DNA of 51,551 bases from Clostridia bacterium (GCA_050872805.1 JBNMHN010000002.1:1-51551); one strand, 5' to 3'. Counted from the first letter of the stretch, positions 34,832-43,412 are shown. Notes: generated by a model from the sequence alone, not told the origin. Made by a program: numbers and translations.

Positions 34832-35000
34832 AATCGAAGTCGAAGTGCCAAGCTGCAGGTACTGTGTGCATAGATATGGCAACACGTGCAAACTTTTTGA
34901 CCGAGAATTAACTTCGTATGGCAATGTCGGAGATGACGATTGGGGGTATATTCGTTGCGACGAATGCAAACAAGCGGAGGTGAAAGATGAAACGATATAA
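34812..35000 (+). CDS. small zinc-binding-like protein (62 aa)
   Basis: In-frame ATG 34812 within track ORF 34650..35000; CRYC...CDEC pairs. Confidence 0.55.
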   Translation: MAKIKVEIEVEVPSCRYCVHRYGNTCKLFDRELTSYGNVGDDDWGYIRCDECKQAEVKDETI

Positions 35001-35145
35001 GATTGAAATCATTTGCGCAGAAGATTTCGCGGACAAAGGTGTTGAAGTGCTCGAACACATCACGGAAACGCTTGAAAACATTTACGGTGACGCTGAATGG
35101 ATAGGATTTGGCGGTTATGTCGATGATGAGGAGGACGAAAAATGA
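34987..35145 (+). CDS. small acidic protein (52 aa, below track cut-off)
   Basis: Manual translation MKRYKIEIICAEDFADKGVEVLEHITETLENIYGDAEWIGFGGYVDDEEDEK; ATGA overlap with the next gene. Confidence 0.45.
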   Translation: MKRYKIEIICAEDFADKGVEVLEHITETLENIYGDAEWIGFGGYVDDEEDEK

Positions 35146-35378
35146 GCAAAGAATACGAAATTATAGAGGCAACTGGCGAGATGTATAAGTGCAACGACCA
35201 CTACCCCGACACATACGCACTCAACATAGAATGGGTTGCAAATGTGATAGGCTTTGGCGAACTGAACATCACATACAACGAAAAGACGGGAAAATGGCAA
35301 AAAGACACCGAATATATGTCGGACGAGTTTTGCCAAGCGGTTCTTGCAAAGTGGCTTGCTGGTATGGAAAGGAGTTGA
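35142..35378 (+). CDS. hypothetical protein (78 aa)
   Basis: ORF track. Confidence 0.6.
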   Translation: MSKEYEIIEATGEMYKCNDHYPDTYALNIEWVANVIGFGELNITYNEKTGKWQKDTEYMSDEFCQAVLAKWLAGMERS

Positions 35379-35380
35379 AT

Positions 35381-35629
35381 ATGAACAAGATGTACTACTA
35401 CCTCGTAAAAGTAAAAGAGTACAGCAACGACTGTATAGATTTCATTGTCAAAGCCGACAGCAAAAAGAAAGCGATTGACGTTGCGTACAAAGAGGTTGTG
35501 CGTATATACCCGCCCGATTATATGCGGTCACGCTTGTATGAGCCGTACCACAAGAAAGACATCTCTGTGTTTCGCATTGACAAGTTGCTGTTCAATGAGG
35601 ACGGACTTACGGACATATATATAGGTTAG
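35381..35629 (+). CDS. hypothetical protein (82 aa)
   Basis: In-frame ATG 35381 (MNKMYYYLVKV) in track ORF 35189..35629; GGAAAGGAG RBS. Confidence 0.6.
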   Translation: MNKMYYYLVKVKEYSNDCIDFIVKADSKKKAIDVAYKEVVRIYPPDYMRSRLYEPYHKKDISVFRIDKLLFNEDGLTDIYIG

Positions 35630-35648
35630 ATTTATAGGAGGAACAAAA

Positions 35649-35726
35649 ATGAATATTTTAGCAATACTATTATCAATTTTGAGTTTTCTTGGATTGACTT
35701 GGCTTTTGGGAGGTGGTATCAGGTGA
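35649..35726 (+). CDS. hydrophobic micro-protein (25 aa)
   Basis: AGGAGGA RBS; MNILAILLSILSFLGLTWLLGGGIR; stop overlaps the next start (GTGA). Confidence 0.3.
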   Translation: MNILAILLSILSFLGLTWLLGGGIR

Positions 35727-35965
35727 AACGGCTTTATTTCAAAGATAACAATGGGAACACGAGGTTGCTCGACTACACAGCAGATACGGAAGAACAAGTT
35801 ATGGTAGGAATCTATGATTTTTGCAAACAGCACAAATTCAAGCCGTTTTATGTGAGGACGTGGAAGAAAAACGAAAAGTGGTATTACGACGTTGGCTCGT
35901 ACACGGAGTTTTTTGTTTGGGCGGACGAAAACGATATGGAGGTGAAAGACGATGCCAACCATTGA
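35723..35965 (+). CDS. hypothetical protein (80 aa)
   Basis: Track ORF 35699..35965; GTG 35723 preferred (GGGAGGTGG RBS). Confidence 0.55.
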   Translation: MKRLYFKDNNGNTRLLDYTADTEEQVMVGIYDFCKQHKFKPFYVRTWKKNEKWYYDVGSYTEFFVWADENDMEVKDDANH

Positions 35966-36284
35966 GTACAAATTCAAAGTGGGGCAACTCGTCACTGTCA
36001 AAAACTGGGGCAAATCTTACTCACATTATACGGACTGGTTTTATGATAACAACGTGAAATATTTGCGAGATAAGTTTGAATACGGCTATTTTGAAACACA
36101 CCACTATCCGCCGAAAACGCTTGTTTTTAGGGTGGTAGCAAGAGGGACAAGTAGAGCGTCAAGCAAAACTATTATTTATGCAATTCAAGCAATAGAGAAA
36201 AACAAAAATATGTCCGACGAGCAAGTCTTTTTGGTCGAGGAATGTGGGCTTGAAAAATGCGCAGGAACGGAGGTGATAATATGA
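35952..36284 (+). CDS. hypothetical protein (110 aa)
   Basis: ORF track. Confidence 0.6.
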   Translation: MPTIEYKFKVGQLVTVKNWGKSYSHYTDWFYDNNVKYLRDKFEYGYFETHHYPPKTLVFRVVARGTSRASSKTIIYAIQAIEKNKNMSDEQVFLVEECGLEKCAGTEVII

Positions 36285-36733
36285 GTTACTTTACAACAAA
36301 ATGTGACTTTTACGATGACGTAGAATCTATGTCGGGCGGTTTTAAGGCTTGGTTTGAACGGCACAACCGAAACGTTGAAATCGAGGTTGACGGCAAACGT
36401 TTTATGGTGTCGTGTCGAGACAATGTTCTTCCGTACTACACAAGAATTGTTTGTGTTATGTGCGCAAACAAAGGACACGCGTACTACAAATTGTCATCAA
36501 CGCCGTACACGCAAGAGATGATTGAGGAACGAAAAAAATGGATTGAAAAGAACAAAAAGGACATTAAACGGTGGAGCAAAAACTCAGATAAAAACCAACG
36601 CAAAATTGCTTGGGCTGAAAAAGACATTCGGTCTTTGGAGAGATGTATAAAGTGGGTTGAGGATTTGGAACAAAAATTTGCGAAATACGTTGAGCTGAAC
36701 AGGGGGAAAGATGAGGAAGTGTGGCTTTGGTAA
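36281..36733 (+). CDS. hypothetical protein (150 aa)
   Basis: Track ORF 36257..36733 trimmed to ATG 36281 (ATGA overlap). Confidence 0.6.
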   Translation: MSYFTTKCDFYDDVESMSGGFKAWFERHNRNVEIEVDGKRFMVSCRDNVLPYYTRIVCVMCANKGHAYYKLSSTPYTQEMIEERKKWIEKNKKDIKRWSKNSDKNQRKIAWAEKDIRSLERCIKWVEDLEQKFAKYVELNRGKDEEVWLW

Positions 36734-36808
36734 CACTATAAAAAACAACAAAACTATTGACTTTGAGCCGATTCTATGGTATAATAAATACAATAAGAGG
36801 AGGCGACG

Positions 36809-36871
36809 ATGGCGATTGCAATATTTTTGACCATTATATTCTTGCTTGCTGATTTTATTAGAGGTAAATAA
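36809..36871 (+). CDS. hydrophobic micro-protein (20 aa)
   Basis: AGAGGAGG RBS; MAIAIFLTIIFLLADFIRGK; its stop overlaps the ATG of the exonuclease gene. Confidence 0.3.
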   Translation: MAIAIFLTIIFLLADFIRGK

Positions 36872-37467
36872 TGGCAAACGTAAAATTTGACAAAGACACA
36901 CACACATACACAATAGCCGACGAGGCATATCCGAGCGTGACCGAGATTTGTGAACCCATAAGTTTCAAGAAATTGGACGCATTGTCGAAGCAAATCTTGG
37001 ATAACGCTGCACGGCGTGGCGAAAAAGTTCACGAAGCGATAAGCGAGTTCGTTCTAACGGACGAGTACGACATAGAAGAAATGGAATCGGACTTAATTCC
37101 ATACTTTGCCGCATTTATCGAATGGTGGAACACTTACCGCCCAACAACGCTGTTTAGCGAGTTCATACTTGGCGACGCTAATCTTGGCTATTGTGGAACG
37201 TGCGATTTTATAGGTCGGGTGGACGGAAAAACAGTTTTGATTGACTTCAAGACAACATCTTCGGTCGACGTAAAATATTTGGCTGTTCAACTTGCTGGGT
37301 ACAAGCGACTGTTAGACGCACGAGGTATAAATATAGACGAGGCATATGTGTTGCACCTAAAAAAGACGGGCGCATACTCATACCGAAAAATTGAGCCAGA
37401 CTACGAATGGTTCGATATTTTACAAGCACACAATAAAAAAATGAGGTGTAAAAATGGCAGAAAATAA
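36871..37467 (+). CDS. PD-(D/E)XK (RecB/Cas4-like) exonuclease
   Basis: GTCDFIGRVDGKTVLIDFKT (D..D/ExK core) and QLAGYKRLL (QxxxY) motifs. Confidence 0.75.
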   Translation: MANVKFDKDTHTYTIADEAYPSVTEICEPISFKKLDALSKQILDNAARRGEKVHEAISEFVLTDEYDIEEMESDLIPYFAAFIEWWNTYRPTTLFSEFILGDANLGYCGTCDFIGRVDGKTVLIDFKTTSSVDVKYLAVQLAGYKRLLDARGINIDEAYVLHLKKTGAYSYRKIEPDYEWFDILQAHNKKMRCKNGRK

Positions 37468-38158
37468 TTTGATAATGTACGAGCAACCAGCAGTTGTTTC
37501 GGCACTTAAACGCAACAATTATGTGGTTGAGATTGGCGATAAGTCGGTATTGCTTAAACGTGACATAGACTTTGGCAAGTACGGAAAAGCAAAATCTCCG
37601 TCTCTTATGAAATCAGGCGCAGAGAAGATTCTTATGGCATTTGGTCTCCCATACGATGTCCAAATTGTAGATTCTTACAAAGACTACAAGTATGGATTCT
37701 TTTACTATGAGTGTAAGGCGACCGCATATTTTAACGGGACGCCCGTGCGAGTTGGTGTTGGTTGTGCAAACACGAGTGAATCGTCAAACGGCACTGCAAA
37801 CGGGTTCAACCAGGCAAATTCGGCACTCAAAAAAGCAAAAAAGAGAGCCGTTGTCGACCTCGCATTGACTTTGGGCAGTTTAAGCGACTGTTTCACGCAA
37901 GACTTCGAGGACGAGAATTTTGTGAGCGACGATGTAGCCAAAAAAGTTCAAAGCGACGATGACTACATCACTACAAAACAAGCGCAACGCATATACGCAC
38001 TTGCTGCAATAAACGACATTTCACGAGAAAAGGCAAAATCTCTGCTCCTTTCGTGGGGTGTCGAATCAACGAAACTAATAAAACTTAAAGACTACGACGC
38101 AATTTGCGAAAAAATGCAAAACTACCGAGAGTCTACGGAGGAACAAAATAATGATTAA
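37454..38158 (+). CDS. single-strand annealing protein candidate (234 aa)
   Basis: Sits between the exonuclease and the SSB-like gene; ALKKAKKRAVVDLALTLGSLSDCFTQDFED-type helix; family not assigned. Confidence 0.5.
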   Translation: MAENNLIMYEQPAVVSALKRNNYVVEIGDKSVLLKRDIDFGKYGKAKSPSLMKSGAEKILMAFGLPYDVQIVDSYKDYKYGFFYYECKATAYFNGTPVRVGVGCANTSESSNGTANGFNQANSALKKAKKRAVVDLALTLGSLSDCFTQDFEDENFVSDDVAKKVQSDDDYITTKQAQRIYALAAINDISREKAKSLLLSWGVESTKLIKLKDYDAICEKMQNYRESTEEQNND

Positions 38159-38498
38159 AGCAAACAAAAGTTACAAGGTTTACGACGTGCGAAAAGGCAA
38201 AACCAACAATTCGCACTACACAATCGTGAAAATCAAAGAGTCGATACCAAAAGGAGATGGCTCGTTTTTATCAGAGTATTACTCGGTATATGTCAACGCA
38301 GATATTGACGTATATGTGAACGCAAACATAATCTTCACAATCATAGACGGAGTTCGCAAGAAAACGACAAACTATAACGGCAAGTTTTACAACGAGTGTA
38401 CGCTGTTTGTTTCACCCGAAAATTTCCGTGTTGAAACGCTTGGGGACGCTCCCTCTGGCGGTGACAAGCCAGCGAGCGAGTCGGATTTGCCGTTTTGA
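38151..38498 (+). CDS. SSB-like protein with acidic DLPF C-terminal tip (115 aa)
   Basis: Gly/Pro/Ser linker then ...ASESDLPF, as in Firmicutes SSB tails; position in the recombination module. Confidence 0.5.
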   Translation: MIKANKSYKVYDVRKGKTNNSHYTIVKIKESIPKGDGSFLSEYYSVYVNADIDVYVNANIIFTIIDGVRKKTTNYNGKFYNECTLFVSPENFRVETLGDAPSGGDKPASESDLPF

Positions 38499-38599
38499 CG
38501 GCGTGTAATAGGGCAAAAACGGGAGTTAGGCTTAAATTCGACTACTTGTTCGGTTTTGGGCTTAACCCCGCTTAAAACGCAAATTAGGCGGTGGTGCTT

Positions 38600-39121
38600 A
38601 TGGCATACATTTTAGTTGACACGCGCGAAAAAGACAACGACTATGTGCTAAAAGACTTCAAACGACTACAATACAACTACGAGGAAATCAAATTAGATGA
38701 GGGAGATTATCAAAGTTCGTTTAATCCAAACTGCGTAATAGATTTGAAAAACGGACTAATCGAGGTTCAATCTAACATTGCTGGTACAAAAAGCGGGAAA
38801 GATAGGTTTCTTCGAGAAGTACAAAGGTGCATTGACAAGGGCAAAAAACTCATTGTTCTCGTCCGTGAGGAAGTCATATATAATGTGTATGGCGTTCAAT
38901 TTTGGCGGTCACCAACCCACGAGGTTTATGACGCACGCAAAGGGAAATACATAGATAAGCCATTCACCAAAGTATCTGGCAAGTTCTTGATGAAAGTTAT
39001 GGAGAGGTACTCCCGAGATTATGGAATTGAATGGAGATTTTGTAAGCGCAAAGACACCGCCACCGAAATCGTAAAACTACTAAACTACAACGGAGGTAAA
39101 ATAAACAAAAATGGATACTAA
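38600..39121 (+). CDS. ERCC4/XPF-type nuclease domain protein
   Basis: ILVDTREK...LDEGDY...IDLK motifs match the ERCC4 nuclease core pattern. Confidence 0.55.
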   Translation: MAYILVDTREKDNDYVLKDFKRLQYNYEEIKLDEGDYQSSFNPNCVIDLKNGLIEVQSNIAGTKSGKDRFLREVQRCIDKGKKLIVLVREEVIYNVYGVQFWRSPTHEVYDARKGKYIDKPFTKVSGKFLMKVMERYSRDYGIEWRFCKRKDTATEIVKLLNYNGGKINKNGY

Positions 39122-39332
39122 AATACCTAAAGATTCAGAGTTTTGGGGCAACAAAATAACCTGGTATGTCATCAAACATAAAATCAGTTATAGGCAGTTC
39201 GCACTTATGTGCGGTTGCCACGAGCAGTCGGTTTATGCGCTTGTGGGTGGGAAAACAAAAAAAGTCAACCCACAAATGCTCGGAAAGTTGCTCCAAGTGC
39301 TTGACACCGAAGAACCGCCGTGCTATAATTAA
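39111..39332 (+). CDS. HTH DNA-binding protein (73 aa)
   Basis: ISYRQFALMCGCHEQSVYALVGGK helix-turn-helix-like segment. Confidence 0.6.
   Translation: MDTKIPKDSEFWGNKITWYVIKHKISYRQFALMCGCHEQSVYALVGGKTKKVNPQMLGKLLQVLDTEEPPCYN
39301..39329 (+). promoter_or_regulatory. perfect consensus promoter TTGACA-17-TATAAT
   Basis: -35 at 39301-39306, 17-nt spacer, -10 at 39324-39329; embedded in the last codons of the HTH gene. Confidence 0.7.
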
Positions 39333-39368
39333 GGGGAACTTTGGGACAAGAGTTCATACCAAACAAAT

Positions 39369-39421
39369 CCTCGTATTATTGAGTAGAGCCGATAACACGA
39401 GAAAAACTTAATAGTACGAGG
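39369..39421 (+). promoter_or_regulatory. 15-bp leader hairpin with two G.U pairs
   Basis: CCTCGTATTATTGAG pairs with CTTAATAGTACGAGG. The loop contains ACGAG, which could pair alternatively with the 5' CTCGT. Confidence 0.5.
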
Positions 39422-39428
39422 AACGAAA

Positions 39429-39475
39429 CCCTCAATCAAGACTGCGCTCTACAATAGGTCAAGATTGGGGGTTTT
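39429..39475 (+). terminator. leader terminator-like hairpin
   Basis: CCCTCAATC ... GATTGGGGG (9 bp) followed by TTTT, 20 nt before the ATG at 39496. Confidence 0.5.
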
Positions 39476-39495
39476 CATATAAAGGAGCAAAAGCA

Positions 39496-40131
39496 ATGGG
39501 AAAAGTTTTGTTAGATACTGAAATATGGGATAGTCTTTCCGAATGTTCGGCTAATAGCAAGTATTTGTTCCTTTGGCTAAAAACGAACCCTATAAGCAAA
39601 AGTTTAATAGGAAACCATAAAATTCCAAGCAAGATAATAGAGTTTTATACTGGGCTATCGCATAACGATGTTAATAACTCTATTAATGAGTTGGTAGAAA
39701 AGGGCATAATATTTGTAGATAATAAAAATATACTTATTCTCGACTCGTATAAAGACTATACAACGTCAATAACATTTCAAACAAAATTAAAGGAAGAATT
39801 GTTGAATATAGACAGTGAAAAAATACGAAATATCGTATTGGAATGGCTAAAAATATTGCAAAAAAGACAAGCGAATAACATCACTAACAATAATACCGCT
39901 AAAAGACTATATTCTATGTTTGGCGGCAAGTGCGCTTATTGCGGAGTAGAGTTAAACACTGATAACTTCACAATAGACCACAAAAATCCAAGAATAAATG
40001 GCGGGGGAAACGAATTTGGCAATCTTTTCCCAAGTTGTAGACATTGTAATTCGCAAAAAAGCGGGCGCACAATTAACGAGTATCGTTTGGCGTTCTTCAA
40101 CAAAAAACATAAATTTTATTTCGAGGTATAA
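39496..40131 (+). CDS. HNH endonuclease domain protein (211 aa)
   Basis: CAYCG...DHKNPRINGGGNEFGNLFPSCRHCNSQK. Confidence 0.75.
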   Translation: MGKVLLDTEIWDSLSECSANSKYLFLWLKTNPISKSLIGNHKIPSKIIEFYTGLSHNDVNNSINELVEKGIIFVDNKNILILDSYKDYTTSITFQTKLKEELLNIDSEKIRNIVLEWLKILQKRQANNITNNNTAKRLYSMFGGKCAYCGVELNTDNFTIDHKNPRINGGGNEFGNLFPSCRHCNSQKSGRTINEYRLAFFNKKHKFYFEV

Positions 40132-40133
40132 TA

Positions 40134-40973
40134 ATGTCGGACGTAAAAGACACAAATTCATTTACAATACACGCTTGGATGGCAACAAAACTAAAACTCT
40201 CGGGCAACGAGTTGTTGTTGTATGCACTGATATTCACTTTTTCGCAAGACGGAAAGTCAGAGTTTTTCGGCAGTCGTTCTTACTTATCGGACTTTATAAA
40301 CGCCTCGAAAAGAACGGTTGACGGGGTTTTAACAAGTTTACAAGAAAAGGGGCTAATAAAAAAACGTGTTCAAGTTACTAACGGAGTGACCAACAACTTT
40401 TACTCGGTGTGTGATGAAGAAATTGCACAGGGGGTGCAAAAATTGCAGGGGGACGGTGAAGAAGTTGCACCCAAATATAAAGAAGAATATAAAGATAAAG
40501 AAAATTATAATAAAAGAAACGAAAACATAGTTCAACCCTCTTTTTTAGCAAACGACGAAAACCAAGTTCAAAACGAAAAGGTTGATTTAGAAACGGAAAC
40601 TCCGACTACTACGTCATCTTTAACAGCACCTAACGAACAACCAAGTTCACGACAAGTTGCTAATAAAGATGATGATAGCAGTGAGTACGATAAAATAATA
40701 AAATACTTTGAACAAACTTGGTTAATATACCCACGCAAAGAGGGAAAGGTACAAGCAAAAACTACATTCACGCACAAAGTATATACGAAAGACGAGGAAG
40801 TTAGTCGCTTAAACGCTTTGAAAATTTACAAAATATTGCAACGGCAAATCAAGGCGTGGGACAACGAAAATAATGGAGGTGGACGAAAAAACCAGTTCAT
40901 ACCGCATTTTAGTAGCTGGCTCAACGACAACTTTGAGGACGTTCCTAAAAAAGAGCGAGGTAAGATAAAATGA
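40134..40973 (+). CDS. winged-HTH replication organiser / initiator-like protein
   Basis: LSGNELLLYALIFTFSQ...SRSYLSDFINASKRTVDGVLTSLQEKGLIKK wHTH pattern; position upstream of the helicase module. Confidence 0.55.
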   Translation: MSDVKDTNSFTIHAWMATKLKLSGNELLLYALIFTFSQDGKSEFFGSRSYLSDFINASKRTVDGVLTSLQEKGLIKKRVQVTNGVTNNFYSVCDEEIAQGVQKLQGDGEEVAPKYKEEYKDKENYNKRNENIVQPSFLANDENQVQNEKVDLETETPTTTSSLTAPNEQPSSRQVANKDDDSSEYDKIIKYFEQTWLIYPRKEGKVQAKTTFTHKVYTKDEEVSRLNALKIYKILQRQIKAWDNENNGGGRKNQFIPHFSSWLNDNFEDVPKKERGKIK

Positions 40974-42040
40974 GCAACAATGTAGTGCGAGAGATAACAT
41001 ACTTGGGGCGCACAAAAAAGTTCACGAATGACTTTGACTTGCTAAGCGAAGACGAATACAACGAAATCGTTGCTAAATGGTATGAAAAAGCCGACCGAGA
41101 CACAGTGAACGAAGAAATATTGTTGTTTGACGAGGGCGGTATTAAGTTCGCGGAAATAACCGATTATTACTTCAGAGATGTTATGGACGACTCAATACGT
41201 ACTGGCGCAAAGTGGAGCATAAACGAGGTTATGTCGAGCCGAGAGTTGTTATCGTCAGTTGTAGGAAAAATAAGGCGCAACCCAAAATTTTTCACAAGCC
41301 CTACACTCGTTGAAAACATCGACACGTATTTTAGAGTCGGTAGCGATGGGACGGCAATTAAAGTGTGTCAATTCCCAACAAAAGTTGCCGACTATATTCT
41401 ATATGAATACAATGTAAACGGCAATTATTATGATTATAGTTGCGGTTGGGGTGCGAGGCTTGCTTGTGCACTGAAAAACCGAGTAAACTATTTTGGGACA
41501 GACCCAAACTATAAATTGGTTGAGTGCTTAAACAAGTTTACAAAAGATTACACCAAACTAATGAGAACGACAACTGGTGTCGAAATTAGGTGTCAAGGGA
41601 GCGAGGATTATGTGCCAGAGTGGGAAAACAAAATGGGGCTTGCTTTTTCAAGTCCACCATACTTTTGCCTCGAAGATTACCGAACGGGCAAGCAGTCGTA
41701 TATCGCTGGCAAAACCTCTTACGACAGCTGGCTGAAAAACTATTTAGAGCCGACAATACAAAACATATACAAATACTTGGTGCACGACGGTTATTTCGTA
41801 TGTAACATAAAGAATTTTGACAAGTACAAAATGGAAGATGATATGGTAAAACTTGCGTGCGACAATGGTTTTGTGTTATACAAAGTTGACAAATTAAAAC
41901 AAGGCAAGAGAGTGTCTGGATTTACGGGTGACACCGATGACATTATGCTTGACGTAAACGAAAATATCTATGTATTTATAAAGCAAGGCGCAACACCGAA
42001 ACAATGCCACCCAGTGCAACTTTCGCTGTTCGATTTGTGA
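40970..42040 (+). CDS. N6-adenine/N4-cytosine DNA methyltransferase
   Basis: SPPY catalytic motif (LAFSSPPYFCLEDY) and SAM-binding-like YDYSCGWGARL. Confidence 0.8.
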   Translation: MSNNVVREITYLGRTKKFTNDFDLLSEDEYNEIVAKWYEKADRDTVNEEILLFDEGGIKFAEITDYYFRDVMDDSIRTGAKWSINEVMSSRELLSSVVGKIRRNPKFFTSPTLVENIDTYFRVGSDGTAIKVCQFPTKVADYILYEYNVNGNYYDYSCGWGARLACALKNRVNYFGTDPNYKLVECLNKFTKDYTKLMRTTTGVEIRCQGSEDYVPEWENKMGLAFSSPPYFCLEDYRTGKQSYIAGKTSYDSWLKNYLEPTIQNIYKYLVHDGYFVCNIKNFDKYKMEDDMVKLACDNGFVLYKVDKLKQGKRVSGFTGDTDDIMLDVNENIYVFIKQGATPKQCHPVQLSLFDL

Positions 42041-42049
42041 GGAGGAAAA

Positions 42050-43163
42050 ATGATAAAATTATTGATTGGCGGTAGCCCGTGTACTTACTGGTCGTGCGCT
42101 CAAAAGCACAACCGAGAAACACAAGCCGAGGGTTTAGGCTGGGAATTGTTCAAAAACTACTTAATAGCAAAAGAAAAATTCAAACCAGACTTCTTCTTAT
42201 ACGAGAACAACAAATCTGCGTCGCAAGCAATAAAAGACCAAATAAAACAAGAATTGGGCGTGTGGGACGGCTCAATTTTAACAGAAGATAGCGGTGTGAG
42301 GTACATAGAAATTAATTCCGCGCTCGTTTCAGCACAAAATCGCCAACGCTTTTACGTGCATAATTGTGGCGAGGTACAACAGCCAATAGACAGGGGAATA
42401 CATATTAGCGATATATTAGAAAGCAATGTAGGAAAGCCTATAAATATATGCGTCAACGAAAAGTCAAGGACAATAAAGGCGCAATACCAACAAAGCAGCA
42501 TAGCGAATTTCGTAACAAATGGCGGTCACAATGCAACTGGTATAGCGCAACGAATACCAACATACGGGAATAAAGAAAAATCTCGTCCAGTAAAAGCAAG
42601 TTATGCAAACAAAGGAGCGGGACAAGGTTCGTTAAATACAGAGTGTTTCCCAGCAGGCACAGTAAAAGAGAAAAGCGACTATATTGTTGAGCCAAGCAGA
42701 GACAAAAGTGGGAGATGTGTACAGGGTTGTAAATGGACTTATTTACATAAGTGGGAAAGAGCACCCAATAGACCTCGAAGATGGAGATTACACAATACGC
42801 AAGTTGACAGTGAAAGAGTGCTGCCGTTTGCAGACAATGCCCGACGATTATATGAAGTCAGTTAGTGCAAGTCAAGGTTACAAAGGTATTGGAAACGGAT
42901 GGACGGCGGAAGTTATAATACACATTCTCAACTATGCGCTTAAAAACGTGCCAAAAGACGAGGAAATAGTTGTGCTGTCAATGTATGACGGAATAGGGAC
43001 TGGTCGATATTGTCTTGATAAAATGGGCTTTACAAACGTAAAATATTATGCTTACGAAATAGACAAGTATGCAATGACTGTTGCAAAAGATAATTACCCA
43101 GACATCATAGAGTGCGGTGACGCATTCCAAGTAAGAAATGAAGATTGGAGGTTATATGACTAA
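42050..43163 (+). pseudogene. circularly permuted DNA (cytosine-5) methyltransferase, frame broken by a 1-nt indel near 42704-42707
   Basis: Motif order IV (GGSPCTYWS), VI (FFLYENN), VIII (SAQNRQRFY), IX (RKLTVKECCRLQTMPDDY), X (GIGNGWT), then I (VLSMYDGIGTG) and II/III (YAYEIDKYA..GD). The two track ORFs overlap at 42684-42865. Confidence 0.75.
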
Positions 43164-43401
43164 AATTCACAACTTAAAAATAAGAGCAGAATATGCGTTA
43201 CCGAAACTTAACTGCGACAAAATGTTCGAGATTCGAAAGAATGATAGAAACTACGAAGTCGGCGACATCGTGATATACAATGTGATTGACGACGTTGAAC
43301 TTAACCGACAGTTCGTGTCGAAGTTCTACAAGATAACATATATAACAAACTACGCCCAGCAAGACGGCTATGTAGTGTTCGGAGAGAAAGAATTTATATA
43401 G
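43156..43401 (+). CDS. ASCH/DUF3850-like PUA-fold protein (81 aa)
   Basis: HNLKIRAEY...KMFEIRKNDRNYEVGDIVIYN pattern; ATG 43156 with a GGAGGT RBS. Confidence 0.6.
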   Translation: MTKIHNLKIRAEYALPKLNCDKMFEIRKNDRNYEVGDIVIYNVIDDVELNRQFVSKFYKITYITNYAQQDGYVVFGEKEFI

Positions 43402-43412
43402 TGAGGAATAAT

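Noticed and set aside
35528-36013. 161-aa minus-strand ORF, and similar minus-strand ORFs within the early module (e.g. 27229..27612, 34592..34969, 43993..44454, 45163..45549)
   Set aside because: They are antisense to a continuous, translationally coupled plus-strand gene train. They have no start or RBS support, and no promoter faces that direction.
40970-42049. The ...QLSLFDL C-terminus of the N6/N4 methyltransferase as the missing motif I of the permuted C5 enzyme
   Set aside because: A Q..LF-type ending is common at the C-terminus of N6/N4 methyltransferases. A stop codon and a separate strong RBS intervene, so the resemblance to SLFDG is probably coincidental.
42684-43163. Second methyltransferase ORF as an independent gene starting at TTG 42684
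   Set aside because: It has no ATG or RBS. Its N-terminal residues continue the target-recognition region of the upstream ORF once a single A is removed, so a frameshift within one gene is the simpler explanation.
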